Source: Paecilomyces variotii (Eukaryota). From it: a DNA stretch of 64,000 nucleotides. The translations under genes and the position numbers were made by a program. This document shows positions 48,154 to 61,463 of this stretch, piece after piece. Position 1 is the stretch's first letter. Each line of letters opens with the position of its first letter. The stretch lies in the NCBI GenBank assembly GCA_004022145.1, contig RCNU01000004.1; one strand, written 5' to 3'. The notes beneath the pieces are model-generated. The model was not told the origin of the DNA and searched no databases. It was given only the letters and a program-made list of their open reading frames with translations.

Positions 48154-48833
48154 ATGGACCCCGACACGCCTCCTCCACCCTCACAGCCCTCCGCATTCAA
48201 TTACATCCTCTCCTTCCTTCTCGTCGGTATCGCATGGGGATTCACGACGCCATTCATCCGTCGTGCTGCGGTCGATTTCAATGCGCGACAGGCCGCGAAG
48301 CAAGCAACCACCACCGCCACCTCTGATTCAGATCCAACGGCAACAGGAGAAGGAGCAGGAGCAGCAGCAGCAGCAGCAGCAGAAACAGAACCAACTCCCC
48401 CACCAACAACAACTCGAACAGCATGGCTAAAACACAAACTGGTCACTCTATTCTGGACGGTGGTGAACCTCCTCCGTACTCCAGCTTACGCAATTCCGCT
48501 TATCGTGAACTTGACCGGGAGTATTTGGTTTTTCCTTCTAGTCGGCAAGCATGGTATGTTCTACACTGCACTCACTACCTACCAATTCCAACAATACAAC
48601 CATTCCATCTGTCTGTAATCCCGACATAAACCGAGTAAATGCTAACGTGTATCTATTCTCGGCGGGAAACGATAGAACTCTCCCTCACAGTCCCGATAAC
48701 GAACTCCATGGCGTTCCTCTTCACGGTTCTGGGCGAATGGTACGTTGAGCGGAAAGTGATTGAGCGCGAGACGTGGATAGGGATGTTTTTGGTTCTAGGT
48801 GGGATTGCGCTGTGCGTGCATTCGAAGGGTTGA
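48154..48833 (+). CDS. TMEM234-family small membrane protein (2 exons)
   Basis: LLVGIAWGFTTPF, YAIPLIVNLTGSIWF; intron 48554-48675; ELSLTVPITNSMAFLFT. Confidence 0.88.
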
Positions 48834-49504
48834 GTGGATGATGTGGATTTATATTTAGGGTCTGTTATCTTGTTATTATAGATTGATAGTTAGAGATAGA
48901 TGGTCATATTACTTGTGAGGTGCATAGTGTGGATTTAGCTAGGAACTTGATTTGCATTGTAAGGACGGGAATTTTAGATACATAGTTCGGTCTTCAAAAT
49001 AGAGATTGGCTTAAGTGGACAATCCTGTGATAGCTAAGGGGTGTAGTCTATGGGAGATGCTTTACTAGGAAGACTTCAGAAGCAGCAGGATATTTGGCTG
49101 TTCAATTTTAATACTAGAAACGAATTTGAAGGGAAAAAAAAAAAGAAAAGACAACCATTCATAATAAAACACGCCCAAATGCCGCTCCAAGTCTCTATGA
49201 GGCTGCATATGACCAACGCTAATCATAACTGTCCCAGTAAAGGGGTATTTTCGTAAAAATAGCAATCCCATGGCGCTTCATAAGCTTGGTCGTAAAATCT
49301 GAGCAGAAAGTGAAACACACGAGAATAGTGAAACAGGGCCGCCGAAATGACGACCAAATAGATAAGATATCATCCAGTGCAAAGTCATCAGCGGCGAAGA
49401 CAATCATTAGACACCCATCATTGCCATGTCATACTGTAGCAGGCCACACCGTAGCGCATATCTGTACAGAAGGAGGAAAAAGGAAAATCATGGAAGAATG
49501 ATGC

Positions 49505-52500
49505 TTAGACACCACGGAACTAGAACGGAGAGTGTTAGTAAGGAAATCAAGAGAGCTGGCATCGAGATCACTCACCATGCGAACAATCAGGAACCACATT
49601 GCACCAATGAACCGGAACACCGACAGACCAGCAACACTCCACAGGACGACAGCCATATAGATTGTTGCTCTCTGCGTATCCGTATCGGAGTCGGTACTGG
49701 TATCCGATCTCTTGCTGTTGCTGCTGGTGCTACTGCTACTGCTGCTGCTGCTGCTGCTGCTGCTTGTCTGGTCCACCCGCTCCAAACCAGCTGCACTTAG
49801 AACGACAGCTGCAAGAGCGAAATTGCAGAAAACCCAGACCAGAACGACCGCACTTCGGAATCCCTTGTAATAATCTTCTTGCTTTTCTTCTGCAGAGACC
49901 GTCCTGACTTCCTTTGGAGGTTTCTGCGCGAACTTGGCCAATTCGGCATCATACTGAGCGTTGAGGTCTCCGTCATCCTGTGGGATGTTGACATCGACTT
50001 TCCCACCGGGCTTCACATTTGCTGACGGCAGCTTCTCAGCCTTGTCGTCACCCTTAGTACCCCACGTGATATCGTGCGTGTTACAAAACGCGTAGATGTT
50101 GAGGACATTGATATACGTCGGAGTGAGAAGGATATATTGGATGAACTATGATCTGTTAGCCAAGTGTCGTCGCTCGCTGGTAGATTGTTAAGAACTTACG
50201 CAAGTGAACATGTGCCAGGGATCGAAGAAAAGGAGTGATGCGATAAACCACATGACGTATGTCGACGACAACGACACGATGATCGAGAAGAACTCCTTGT
50301 TGGTGAATAGATCCGAAAACTCGAATGATTTCTCAGCTATTTGTTGCTGAATCGACTTGACAGTCACGAACACGGCTGCAAAACTCAAGTAGATCATGAT
50401 GAAGACCCAGAAGTAAACCATTGTCATGTAGAATTTGTTCGATCCCTGCGGTCGATTGCCAAGGGAGAGAACGAAACAAGTAACAAGCGTCGCGAGGTAT
50501 AGCCATTCGAAGACCACACCGAGAATCTTACCCACGGTGCCCAGCAAATCGCTAGAGCCAAGATATGTCGTCAGGATATGGAAGACCAGGAAGAAATTGC
50601 CCTGCATTTACGTTAGCGGATCAAGCCGTAGCTTAAGACATAAGAGTCCCTTACAATAGCAAACCAAGCAAAAATCATATTGATCGACTGGTAGATGAAC
50701 TCAATGAGCAACATGAACTTCCTCATGAAGCTGTGATCACTGCGCCAGATCTGGTAGAAATGGGTGATAGAATATACAGCCGCGAAGAAACTGCCGTTGA
50801 GCCAACGTCGTCGTTGAAGAATGAATTCTGCCATGCGGTCCGGTACGTCAGTCTCTCCGGTAGAGGACTTAACGTACTGCAGGATCCATCGACAGTTGCG
50901 CTTGGTGACAATCTCGAAACAAAGGATACGATCTTCTGCCAGGTACATGTTGGCTGTGAAGATACCGGCGTTTGCACCGTGCATCTTCTCACCAGCGAAG
51001 TACTTTTCCAGAGGGCCTTGGCCGTTCTTGTCGTTCTGAAGCGCGACATACCGGTAGGCCGAGAAGGCACCAGGAAGCACGGAGATGAAGCCGAAAGTCG
51101 ATTCCAGCGGCTTGTCGAGAATATTGCTCAGCTTGTACTCGAAGTTCTGCGTGGCCACGAGAGGGTTGATCAATTTCTTGCCATGAGACAACATGACCTT
51201 GATTTCACCGCAAGCGCCTCCGCACATAGGCTCCAAATCGAACGCTTTCCACAAGTGATAGATAGAATCCTTTCCTGGTTTAGTACCGGCATCAAGCAGC
51301 ACACAGATGTTCGGATCCAGGACGCGACCAAATGCCTGGAAGAACCATCGGTGGGAATTGATCTTCTTTTGGTTCTTTTCCTTCAGACAGAACAGCATCT
51401 GCACAGGCGTGCCACTGCGCGGCTTCAGCACTACCTGCTCGCCCTTCAATTCCAACCCGACCTGCGTGGTATACTCGTAGAGATGCGCAGTCACGTCCTT
51501 GCCGTTGACTTGCTGCTTCGCAATGCCATCCTGGTAGACACCCAGACCGGCCAGAACAGCTCTTGTTCGCGGGTTGATCTTGGCACGACCATCGCTGATC
51601 ACACAAACGACAATTTTCTTCCAGGCCTCCTTGCCCCAGGTCTTGCTGTTGTTTCTCGAACACATATATTCGATGTTTTTGAAGACACCCACCATCGTTC
51701 GGGCGAAGAGGAAGTCGTCTTCGTTGTACATTGTCACAGCGATGAAGAGTTCCGTGTGTCGTGGCTTTGCAAACAGCTTCTGGCGCAACGTGAATCGCTC
51801 ATTGTAGAAGTCTGCTGGATCGCAAGTGGCAGCGGAGTACCGCATGTGTGTGAACTCATCACGGCCCGGGGGTTCTGCATGAGGCACTTGGCTCAGAAGT
51901 TTTGGAGGAACGGGGCAATCAAGCACGAGGTTTCCATTGAAAAGCTGAACTTCTTTGACTGTCTTCCACCGTCTGATCGGAGCAGGGCTGGGGGTATTCT
52001 CTATCCTCGGCTCATCCTGGTATTCCTGTCCGCTGTAAGGGTCCGGCCCGTATGGATTGTTCTCTTCTTGAAGCATGGGAACCCGGTCGTCTACGAATGG
52101 GTTGTTCTGCTCCAGTGAAGGATAGTGCCCCAGATCGTAACCCTCGTGAGGGGCGGCCGTGGGCTGATAGGGTTCTGTATAGTAAGCATCGTGGTGTTCT
52201 TCCGGATTGACGGTATAATCGTAACCAGGATAATGAACAGGAGGGTTGATATGGTCTTGCTCGTAAACGTCATTATGCCCGTATGAGTTGTGGATATTCT
52301 CCACGGAGTACTATGGAAGTTTTATGTATGTCAGCGCAACCAGGACGCCTGTCTGCTTCGGGTAGTCACTCACTGTAGGCTGTTCCATCAAGCGGTCACT
52401 CGAGGGCATAGGCAAAGGCAGGTGAGGACGGCTGTATGGATTATCTTCTAGTTGGTAACCGTTCAACGGCCTCCCAGGTGATGGTGTGCGAATCTGCTGC

Positions 52501-52860
52501 ATTTGATGAGGGTTCATCATGGGCGAGTTGCGGTCGTCGTCCGCGTAGGGATCTGGCGCTGCAACTCTTGTCAGTCTCCTGATTGTATCGCAAGTTCCAA
52601 TGCGAGATCAAATCCGCAGAAACTGGTAACGAGGAACCGCGCTGGATGCGAAAGCCGCGCGCTTCAGGACTGTCGCAAGATTGCCAGCAAGGCGACAGGT
52701 GCCTCTAGCAAAAGCACGGCACCCCAGACGACCGCAGCGACTTCTTGATGCGGCAGAGAGCGTATCAAGCATCAAACAACGGTTCCAGCGCTTTCAAGCT
52801 TTCATCCACAGCAGATAGGGGACATCGCTACTGCTTACCTAGACGGTTGTAAGACGACAT
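49505..52860 (-). CDS. Class I chitin synthase (A. nidulans ChsC / A. fumigatus ChsA type), multi-exon
   Basis: First exon MSSYNRL (intron 52559-52838); [42 protein letters not shown] and QRRRW motifs; last micro-exon FRGV*. Confidence 0.95.
49713..49764 (-). repeat. (AGC)n coding microsatellite giving a poly-Ser tract in chitin synthase
   Basis: gctgctgctg run; translation [19 protein letters not shown]. Confidence 0.9.
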
Positions 52861-54213
52861 GGCGACCGAGCGTCCTCGAGGAACTCGTTGTTCCAGCGGT
52901 GGCCAGGAGATTACCCAGGAGCGGAATGTTGCGAAAGGATGTCTCCGTGGGTGAGTGGTAGCGTCGCAGTTGGTGCCGTCGCAATTAAACTCAAGGGTAA
53001 ACGGTGATTTCCACGTTGCAGCGTATGAGTCTGTACGCACTGTATGATGATTATTTACAGAAGATAGCCAACGGCGACGAGGACTTTTTGTCCTGGCGCA
53101 AACAGCTGAACCGCCACGAGCTACGGGCGGTGCATGTGGAGGGGGAGCCGCGCAGAGTTGCTTGGCTGCTTATTGTTTACAGGATGTTGGATACGATGTG
53201 GAGTCGAGCACTGCCGTTGATCTCTCAGGACCGTCAGAGCAAGAGTAGATCTTGACGCTTTTCTCCTGCGATCATCACAATCTCCCGGTTCTTCTGCTAT
53301 AGCCTATCTTTCTCTGACCGCTACGGATGCCGATTCCCTAACCCCCCATGTCTCCCTAATCATTAATCACGCAGTAGTACAGCTCTGAAACGACTCCTAG
53401 TTATCGCCCACTAAACTACAGTATCTTCGCCGCTCGTTGAGCCGATCCTTGGTTGCCGCGGTGCGCCAATCGCTCCCCGTTATCGTCACTGGGCCAACCA
53501 GCGATCCCCGCAGACTTCTCACGATGAACAGCCACAGACCGTCGCAACTGCGCCTCAGGGACACGCCGTTTTTTCTCTCTTGCGCCACGGTTCGCCCAGC
53601 AAGGCACCGAAATTTGCAACGCGGCTGGAGAAGACCGGCGATATTCGACGGTGAGGCCGTCCTAGAAGAAGATGGGACACCGATCATCTGTCGACATGAC
53701 GATGCCCTCGAAGACCCTTGACCAGCACGCACTTCAGTCGCCTCACAGACAGGCTAGCAGAGGTTAGCGACGGATACAAAGCGAAGGGGATGGAGTTGTT
53801 AGTCGAATGGTGATTCTCCCCGACCACCAGTATTCGTCATATGGCTATTTTTATCTGTCCACGCGACGGGTTGCTTCCGAACCCCAATCAGGTTGTCTCA
53901 GCCCTACTGCACGGTGTATCTATGGCCTGCATGTGAAGTTCCGTAGATCGGCCGTTATGAGAACTCGATGAATATGCCGGCAGACGCGATGGGAAATCCA
54001 GGGGCCAATCATATAGCATTAGCATGCTTTATGGTTGCTTCGGGATGCTGTTGTGTGGCTGTCCAGTATTATTACTATGCCCATTAATGATTGTGGAAAG
54101 AACCGATCCCCGCAAGCGAACGTTAAGCATCTGCTGTACTGGGCAGAGCTGTAGTTCAGGGCTAGGGTCCCATCCAGAGATATCCTATCAGTCACTATGG
54201 AGCGCTGTCATGA

Positions 54214-55440
54214 TTAGCTATATCTTCTAACCAAATCCTTCATATCACCCAGGACCCTGTATTCTCATTAGTCGCTCAAATCAGCTCAGTGGTTATTGTT
54301 CAGAGACACATACTGCTTCCTAAGCGCCCAGTTGTCAGGGAATAGAGCGGATACATGAGTGTTGAAGCGCCTGTCAACACATGAGCAATGACTTGCTGTT
54401 GACTTTTCCAGTGGATCACCTACAGTTTATAAAGGTCTAAGCGTCCATCATAATCCTCCTCGGGCGAAGACTTAGGCACATATTCGTGGTACGCAGACAA
54501 ATACTCGTCGCCAAAGCGATTGCACGTTGGTCGCCATTGGCCAAATTCATCTGCATAAAAAACCAACACGGTAAGTACAGAACTTCCGCATGAGAGTTGC
54601 TAAAAGCCAATCATAGAACTCACATTCATTATGCGCGTAAAAGCAACAAGCATCAAACACAACAGGTGTCCCTGTCTTGACATCGATTCCCGAATTCGCA
54701 TACCACAAATCCCCATGAACGAGGGACGGTTTCACCGATCGCCCATCACTCTCGAGCGGACGAAGCAGACGAGGTATGACTTTATCAAAGATAACCGGCA
54801 CTAACACGTCAAATTCAGGATCGTGCCCTTTTACTTGTATCTCCAATTCCAAGGCCTTCTTCAGGCTCTTCGAAAAGAATACTTCCCAGCTTTCTTCCCA
54901 ATCTGTAAACTGGGCGAGATTCCCACTGTATGTAGGAACGTGGAAGCCGAATTTTCCATTTGGGGATTTGCTCTTCTGGTGAAGTGTCGCTAGACATCCG
55001 CCGAAGTCGTGCGGATCTGGCATTTCGTGCCTCATCTCCCGATACTCGGATAGGAAGAAATGTGTACCTGGTACATCGCGGTATGTGCCCCAGGCAATGG
55101 GCCTGGGTACAAAGTCAGATGATGTGGCGTGGATTGCTTTCATCGACTCAAATTCGCCGTGGACGATATTCCTTCCTGTTTCTCCTGGTAGGACCTTTAT
55201 GAAGAAGGACGACGGGGTTCCATCTGCCAGCTCGACGTCTATGCGACCGGTGCTAGCGAAGAAGCTGGTGCCATGGGGCTTGACGGTGTGTATTCGACAG
55301 TCTTTAGGGAGTGCTTTGTGTTGTTAATGGTGTTGTCATATTATAGCTGTTCAATTCCATAGATTACCTGATAGAATACTCGGATCAAGTTCAGTACTTA
55401 TCCTTGTTGGTTCTGAACTGCTATTGGCATTACAGCTCAT
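54214..55440 (-). CDS. Fructosamine/ketosamine-3-kinase family protein, multi-exon
   Basis: FFIKV, FVPRPIAWG, SPNGKFGFHVPT, KPSLVHGDLWYAN and VFDACCFYAHNE; terminal exon VLGDMKDLVRRYS*. Confidence 0.88.
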
Positions 55441-55988
55441 GCTCTTCGATGCGCCCGTGGATGAATACTTAGGAGAAGCGTCTTGGCTGACTGGAGTAAG
55501 ATAGTAGAGAGTAAAATAATAATATATTAGTTACGCAGCAGACCTTGACTGAGGGGACCCAACTGAATGAGTGTATAATTTCTTCCACGGAAACACGTCT
55601 TTGCAATCAGTAAGTTAGAAGCAAAATCTAAGTAACTATACCTAGCGACCCGCTTCGGCGGGGCAATATGGCAAGACGGTTGGTACATAACTTGAGAACA
55701 TTATAATATTGGGTACAAGTAGTCGTTTATAATATAAAAAAAAGAAAAATCGAAATATCCTGGAAAATAAGGAATATCCCGACTTTATCACCAACAGGAA
55801 GTCTACGGCGCCACCATCAGTCGCAGACTCGCAGAAGGCATCTGGGCGGTGCGCACGGGCCATATACAATCTTCGGTACTATCGATAACGAAAGCCTTGT
55901 CGGAGATATAAGTACCTCACTCTTCACACCTTTGCCCCCGACATTCAGTGCACATTAAGGAACAATTCACGGAGAAACAAAACGCAAT

Positions 55989-56718
55989 ATGGAATCTAAA
56001 ACAAATCCTCCAGTTAACGTCCTCTTTGTCTGCCTTGGGAACATCTGTAAGTCGTATTCCCCCGCTCACTGACATACTTGCACACCGGAGAAAGAAAGAG
56101 GTCGATATCGATCCCGTTTTCAAGATGAAGCTAGCTAACATATATCCTCAACCAGGTCGTTCCCCTATGGCCCATGCTGTCTTCGAGAAACTCGCAGCTC
56201 AACATCCCTCTCTAATCGGCGGGATTGACTCTGCCGGTACAGGCGCCTACCACGCTCTCGACCCCCCGGATCCCCGCACCATGTCCACCCTGCGCCGCCA
56301 TGGCATCACGGACTTCCAGCACGCCGCGCGCATGATCACAAAGGACGATTTCCGCCATTTCGACTACATCCTCGCCATGGACAAGTATAACCTGCGTGAC
56401 CTGCAGCGGGTGCGCGACAGTATTGTCGGCTCGAAGGACCCGAGCGTCGCCGCCCGGTCTGCGGGCATGAAGACTACGCGCGCCTCAACTGCTGCTGCTG
56501 CTGGAGGCGCTGATACGGACAAAGTCGCGGAGGTTCGCTTGTTCGGTGACTTTTTACCTAACGGGGAAGTCCATAGCAAGATTGGCGGTGGCGAGGAGGT
56601 GCAGGATCCGTATTATGGTGGCCAGAATGGCTTTCAGGAGGTATATGGCCAGGTAACGAGATTCTCGCAGGGTTTCATCGAGTATTTGGAGAAGAAGGCG
56701 GCTGGACAGGAGTCATGA
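55989..56718 (+). CDS. LTP1: Low-molecular-weight phosphotyrosine phosphatase
   Basis: VLFVCLGNIC|RSPMA P-loop split by intron 56047-56155; IDSAGT, FDYILAMD and DPYYGG motifs. Confidence 0.93.
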
Positions 56719-57218
56719 GCGTATCATGCTTTGTTTTACTCCTTTATACACCCGTCGCTGATTTTAAGCTTACAAGGGAGGTTGGTCACTTGAAGCCGTT
56801 GATGTTGCAGATACCCAAAGATTTTAGATAGGCTCGCCCCCATCAATACGATGCATGGATGGTTGAGTCCCCACAAAAGTACTGATAGATGGTGTCGTTT
56901 TCTTTTATACACAGATTCATAAAATTAAGAGCTTCAACTCGGAAGGAAATTCGAACAAGACAGCCTAGCGTATCAGACAAATTTGGGTTCATTCCATTAA
57001 GTCCAACAGTATGCACTACAACTGCAGAGAAGATTCTGCTTCAGACGTGCCTGCAAACAGAATGAACGGGTTCCTCCAACGATAGAGCCCGCATTTCATA
57101 GTTGATTGAACTTCCAGAAAGTGACACCTCGCTCAAAGGTCCCTTAGATTCTCCCGACGACAAAGGAAAGGACCTATCATACAATACAATATCTCGACGA
57201 TTCACACAACGCTAACTC

Positions 57219-58022
57219 TTATATTTTTTCGCTGATCATAATGGCACCTCTGCATCCGTAACGAATTATATTGACCAAGGGATCGTACGGCTTGGCTTCC
57301 TTGGCATCATTCTCCACGGCATGGTCGAGATGTTCGAGCTCCTCGTCACGAATTCTCCGAAGCTGCGCCAGCAGATCCGTGATCTCCTCGTCAAGCTCTT
57401 CACCGCGGCTTTCTGCCTCTGCCACCCAGGAAAGAATTTCGCGAACCTGCTCGTTGTAGTGTGACCCGATTTCCGTCTCCACGGCCTCTGTGCAAGCCAT
57501 TGCAGCCTCACGACCCATGACCCCAGTCGACCATCCCAGGAAAGTGGCCGCCATCTCCCAGATGGGATACATTGCTGTGGGCCGGACCTGGTGCTTCGCG
57601 ATCAGGTTGTTGAAAATCGAGAAGTGGCCAGCTTCTTGGTCATACATGTGCTTCATCAGAGGTCGCAAGTGAGGATAGGAACGCACGACTTGGGGCGTCT
57701 GTGCCTTATAAATAAGGGTGGCAGCTAGCTCTCCGGCCTGGTTGACTCGCAGTGCGCTATCCAGGAATTCCCGCTGTCTCTTATTCAGGATATATCTCGG
57801 CTTGCCGCTCGAGCTGGCGGGCCCTGGCTGCGAATTCTGCGCATCGCTAGAGGAGGAGGAGGACGATGAGGACGATGAGGACGACCACCAGAACTGCCGC
57901 CGGGACTGAGGTTGCTGCACTGCTCGCGGAGCTAGGAAATCGAGCACTAGCGGGGATGTTGAACTGAGAGCTCGGGAACCAGGTCGCAGAGCGGATCTGC
58001 GGAGGACTGAGAATCCGTCCAT
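57219..58022 (-). CDS. COQ7: 5-demethoxyubiquinone hydroxylase Coq7, mitochondrial
   Basis: LRVNQAGE, MYDQEAGH, AMACTEAVETEIGSHYN and RDEELEH di-iron motifs; Arg/Ser-rich N-terminal presequence. Confidence 0.95.
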   Translation of the reverse strand: MDGFSVLRRSALRPGSRALSSTSPLVLDFLAPRAVQQPQSRRQFWWSSSSSSSSSSSSSDAQNSQPGPASSSGKPRYILNKRQREFLDSALRVNQAGELAATLIYKAQTPQVVRSYPHLRPLMKHMYDQEAGHFSIFNNLIAKHQVRPTAMYPIWEMAATFLGWSTGVMGREAAMACTEAVETEIGSHYNEQVREILSWVAEAESRGEELDEEITDLLAQLRRIRDEELEHLDHAVENDAKEAKPYDPLVNIIRYGCRGAIMISEKI

Positions 58023-58579
58023 CTTCAGCAATTGGATGTCTGTATGGGGATAGTAGAATGAGGATAGAAATGAGGAACCTTGGTAGCTAACAGGCAAGCG
58101 AGACCTCCGATGATCGATCGCCTTGGAGCTCCGAGCTGTTCCACGCGGGTTCGCGGCGGCTCCGGCAGCCGCGCGCTTGCTCGGGTCTTGGCAGGAGCAG
58201 CGCGGTCTGGCTGGACGTCATGAACGGAACGTGGCCGGTGCCGCTGCCGACTTTATTCACTCCTCCATTGACCTCGTCTGCCAGCCACCCAGTCACTCAC
58301 GCCCTTTGTTCTGGGGGTTTGACTCTTCTTTGTTATATTGCGATCTCTATTTGATCATCTATAAGTTCGCTTTTTATATCTAGGATATCTGTACGAGTTT
58401 TACAGGGCGTGAGGCACTGCGCGCTATTCAGTAGGCGCTTTTCACAGCGCCATTTCTATCCCCCAAGTCCTATTTGACTATTATACCAGAGCGCGGCCTG
58501 CAATTATACGGCATTGTTTCCTGTTTGAGGTGACGCGCGGAGAAACTCGAGACCTCAGGCAGCCAGTTTAACATTCACC

Positions 58580-60644
58580 ATGGCGGACTCCGACTTGGAC
58601 GCTGAGCTGCTCGCTCTTGCGGGCGACTCCTCTGACGAGGAGTCTTCTCACGCTCAAAAGCCCAAGTCTGCATCTCCCCCTCCTCGTCAATCTTCATCAT
58701 CGCCACAACGCTCCCCGGAACCAGCACCCGCCATGGGGCGCAAAGGCACTGCCAAACCGGTCAAGCGGTCCAGAAAAGCGAGGAGAGACGACGCTGAGGA
58801 CGGTGAACTGTAAGTGTTGCTTCACAGGTCGCTGTCATTCTGCTGTTACCTGGTCCTCGGAGTGTCCTGACTGGTATACCAATCTAGGTCTTCCGCTGAA
58901 TCCCATAACTCGCTCCAGTCAGCCAGCATGTCCGAATCGGACTCTGAAGGCGAGGCTTCACCGCCCCCTGAGACTGACGAAGGGCCAATTTTCCCCTACG
59001 AGAAGCTCTATTATTCCGCGAAGGACAAGGAAGAGATCATGGCCATGTCTGAAATCCAACGTGAAGAGATCCTATCAGAGCGTGCTCAGCAGGTTGATCG
59101 TCATAATCAAGATCTTGCTCTCCGTCGCCTTTTAGCGAGCCGGGAGCGCGAGGAAGCACGTGCGCAGGCAAAGAAGAACAAGCGCAAGGCGAGCAACGCT
59201 GATTTGGATGAGGGGCATCGTAAGAGTTCGCGCCAAAAGACAACTCTGGGTGGACGCAAAGTAGGAGAAACATCCGATGCTATTGAGGCCTACAAGAGAC
59301 AGCGGGAGCAAAAGGGCAAGCGGGACGAACTTCGTCGACGGGATGCCGCTACCAGGAAGTCGGACCGCAGAAGTCGCTCTCGCGATGGTGGCATTTCTGA
59401 CGAAGACGCCGACGGCGAGAGTGAAGTGGAGTGGGATGACAGGGCTGATCGTTCGCCAACTCCTCCAAAGGATGACCCTCCTGCAGAACTCAGAGACCTT
59501 CAGCGCGTCCGTGTGGGACGTAGCAACTTTGCACAGGTTTGCTTCTATCCAGGATTTGACGACGCCATTTCTGGCTGTTATACCCGTGTCAACATTGGCC
59601 CCAATCGCGAGACCGGCCTGAACGAGTACCGCGTGTGCTTGATCAAGAGTATGTATTCTCCACACCTTTTGTGCTCTGGCTATGTACTAACATCACCTCA
59701 GAGTTTACCGAGGGCAAACCTTATGCAATGGAAGGCACCAACGGACGTACTTTCGCTACGAACCAGTATGCTGTTCTGGCACATGGCAAGGCAGAGCGAG
59801 AGTTCCCTTTCATTGCATGCTCTGACTCGCCCTTTACTGAGGTTCGTCTTAAGCTCGTGCTGCACCTGTAATAGATGTATTCTGACTATCGCAGGCTGAG
59901 TTCAACCGTTACCGCCAGACGATGGCCGTTGAAGATTGCAAGATGCCGACGAAATCGATGCTGGCTGCCAAGGTGTCCGATATCAACAGGCTCATCAATC
60001 ATAAGTTCACCACTGAAGAACTAAACGAGAAACTCCGCAAGCAAGGTGCCTTCGATGTCAAAGGCATGACATTCCGCCGCATTGAATTGGAGAAGCAACT
60101 GAAAAGCGCCATGGCTTCTGGAGACGAGGCGGAGATCGCAAAGATTGAAGCCGAAATCAGGGAACTTACTGGACCGAAACTGATCTCCGGCTCCGCTCCG
60201 AGGCCGCAGACGCAGAAGCAAAGCGAACAACAGCGTCTCTTCGAACTCAACCTGCGGAATCAGAAGCTTAACACCGAGAATGTTCGTCGCGCTCAGATTG
60301 AAGAAAAGAAAGCTAGCCGCAAAATGGCTGCTGCCGTCGCTCGTGGTGAAGCTGTGGTTGATCGATTCGCTCGTGTTAAAACGAAAGCCAAAACTCATTA
60401 CGATGTCACTGGCAATAACCGTCTTGTTCCGAAGAAGGATGATCTTTTCGAAGGCAGTGATCTCAGCCACACTGGCACCCCAGTCCCCGGATCTGACGCA
60501 TCGAAAGTCAACACCCCAAAGCGCAGTGATACCCCGAGTGGTACTCAGAAGAGGCCTTCCAAGGGAGGCGTTGTCATCCGTCACAAGAACATGGACGACG
60601 AAAACATTGCTGCTTTGGACTTGGACATCGACATTGAAATTTGA
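58580..60644 (+). CDS. RTF1: PAF1 complex subunit Rtf1 (Plus3 domain), multi-exon
   Basis: DAELLALAG, MSEIQREEILSER, Plus3 core GCYTRVNIG...YRVCLI...AHGKAEREFPFIACSDSPFTE and C-terminal LDLDIDIEI. Confidence 0.93.
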
Positions 60645-61206
60645 ATTTGCATTGTATCATAGCGGAGGAATATGGGGCGTTTGAGGATGGGATTGAATCA
60701 AAGCCAGCCCACGTCTGGGACGTGAGCACAAGAACTGTTAGGGCGATATACCCTCTAAGGCTCGAGATGTTGAAGTGCCGACCAGTTCTCTTCTAGCGAG
60801 ATCATAAAGCATTTAATTCGACGTTCCGAAAGTGATGGGCTTGTTTTATGTGGCTACGGAATCACTTTATTCAGTTACTGTCTGGCCCGGAAGATTCTTT
60901 CTAGATATGTCAAATAGGACATAAAATAAAATAGTGTATCTTGCAAAAGTCATTAACGACTTACCTGAGAAATTCGCTCGTGCACTCTGTAGAAGCACCT
61001 TGGCAATGGACTTGCTGTTCTGCGTGCTAGTCTATGTTGGTTTCTGGCATGTAGGTACCACTATAACAACATTTGTGAATACAATGTCTCCGTCTATAAC
61101 ACCTTACACAGCCGCCTCTAATACCAATTATTTCATGAAAGATCCCTCTAATAGCTACATAATGGACTCGCAATACTGTGGTTGTTATCCCTGTAATCAC
61201 GTGTGT

Positions 61207-61280
61207 CGCGAAAGCGCTCTGTCTACTTTTGGATTAGCGCGTAATGCCCAAACGCCAACGCGTGCTCCGCGAGTCGCGTC
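61207..61280. promoter_or_regulatory. Cluster of MCB/SCB-like CGCG cell-cycle elements
   Basis: CGCGAAA at 61207, GCGCGT near 61237, ACGCGT at 61258-61263 and two further CGCG cores, about 200 bp upstream of MRC1. Confidence 0.65.
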
Positions 61281-61463
61281 TTCCATAGTATCGAGTGGGC
61301 GGGCCAGCATACCTCCCAGCTATCCAAATACCCTCCACATCTGCCCTTCATATCTTCAGGGCAAGACTGACTTGACTTATTCATACCTTCCCAGAAACCT
61401 ATAACCCGTTATGTTTCTCATGAATTGAATTCATTTTACCATAAAGTAACTAATTACTGTGTT

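Noticed and set aside
50733-52118. 461-aa antisense ORF
   Set aside because: Lies opposite the chitin synthase coding exon; typical codon-bias shadow with no motif.
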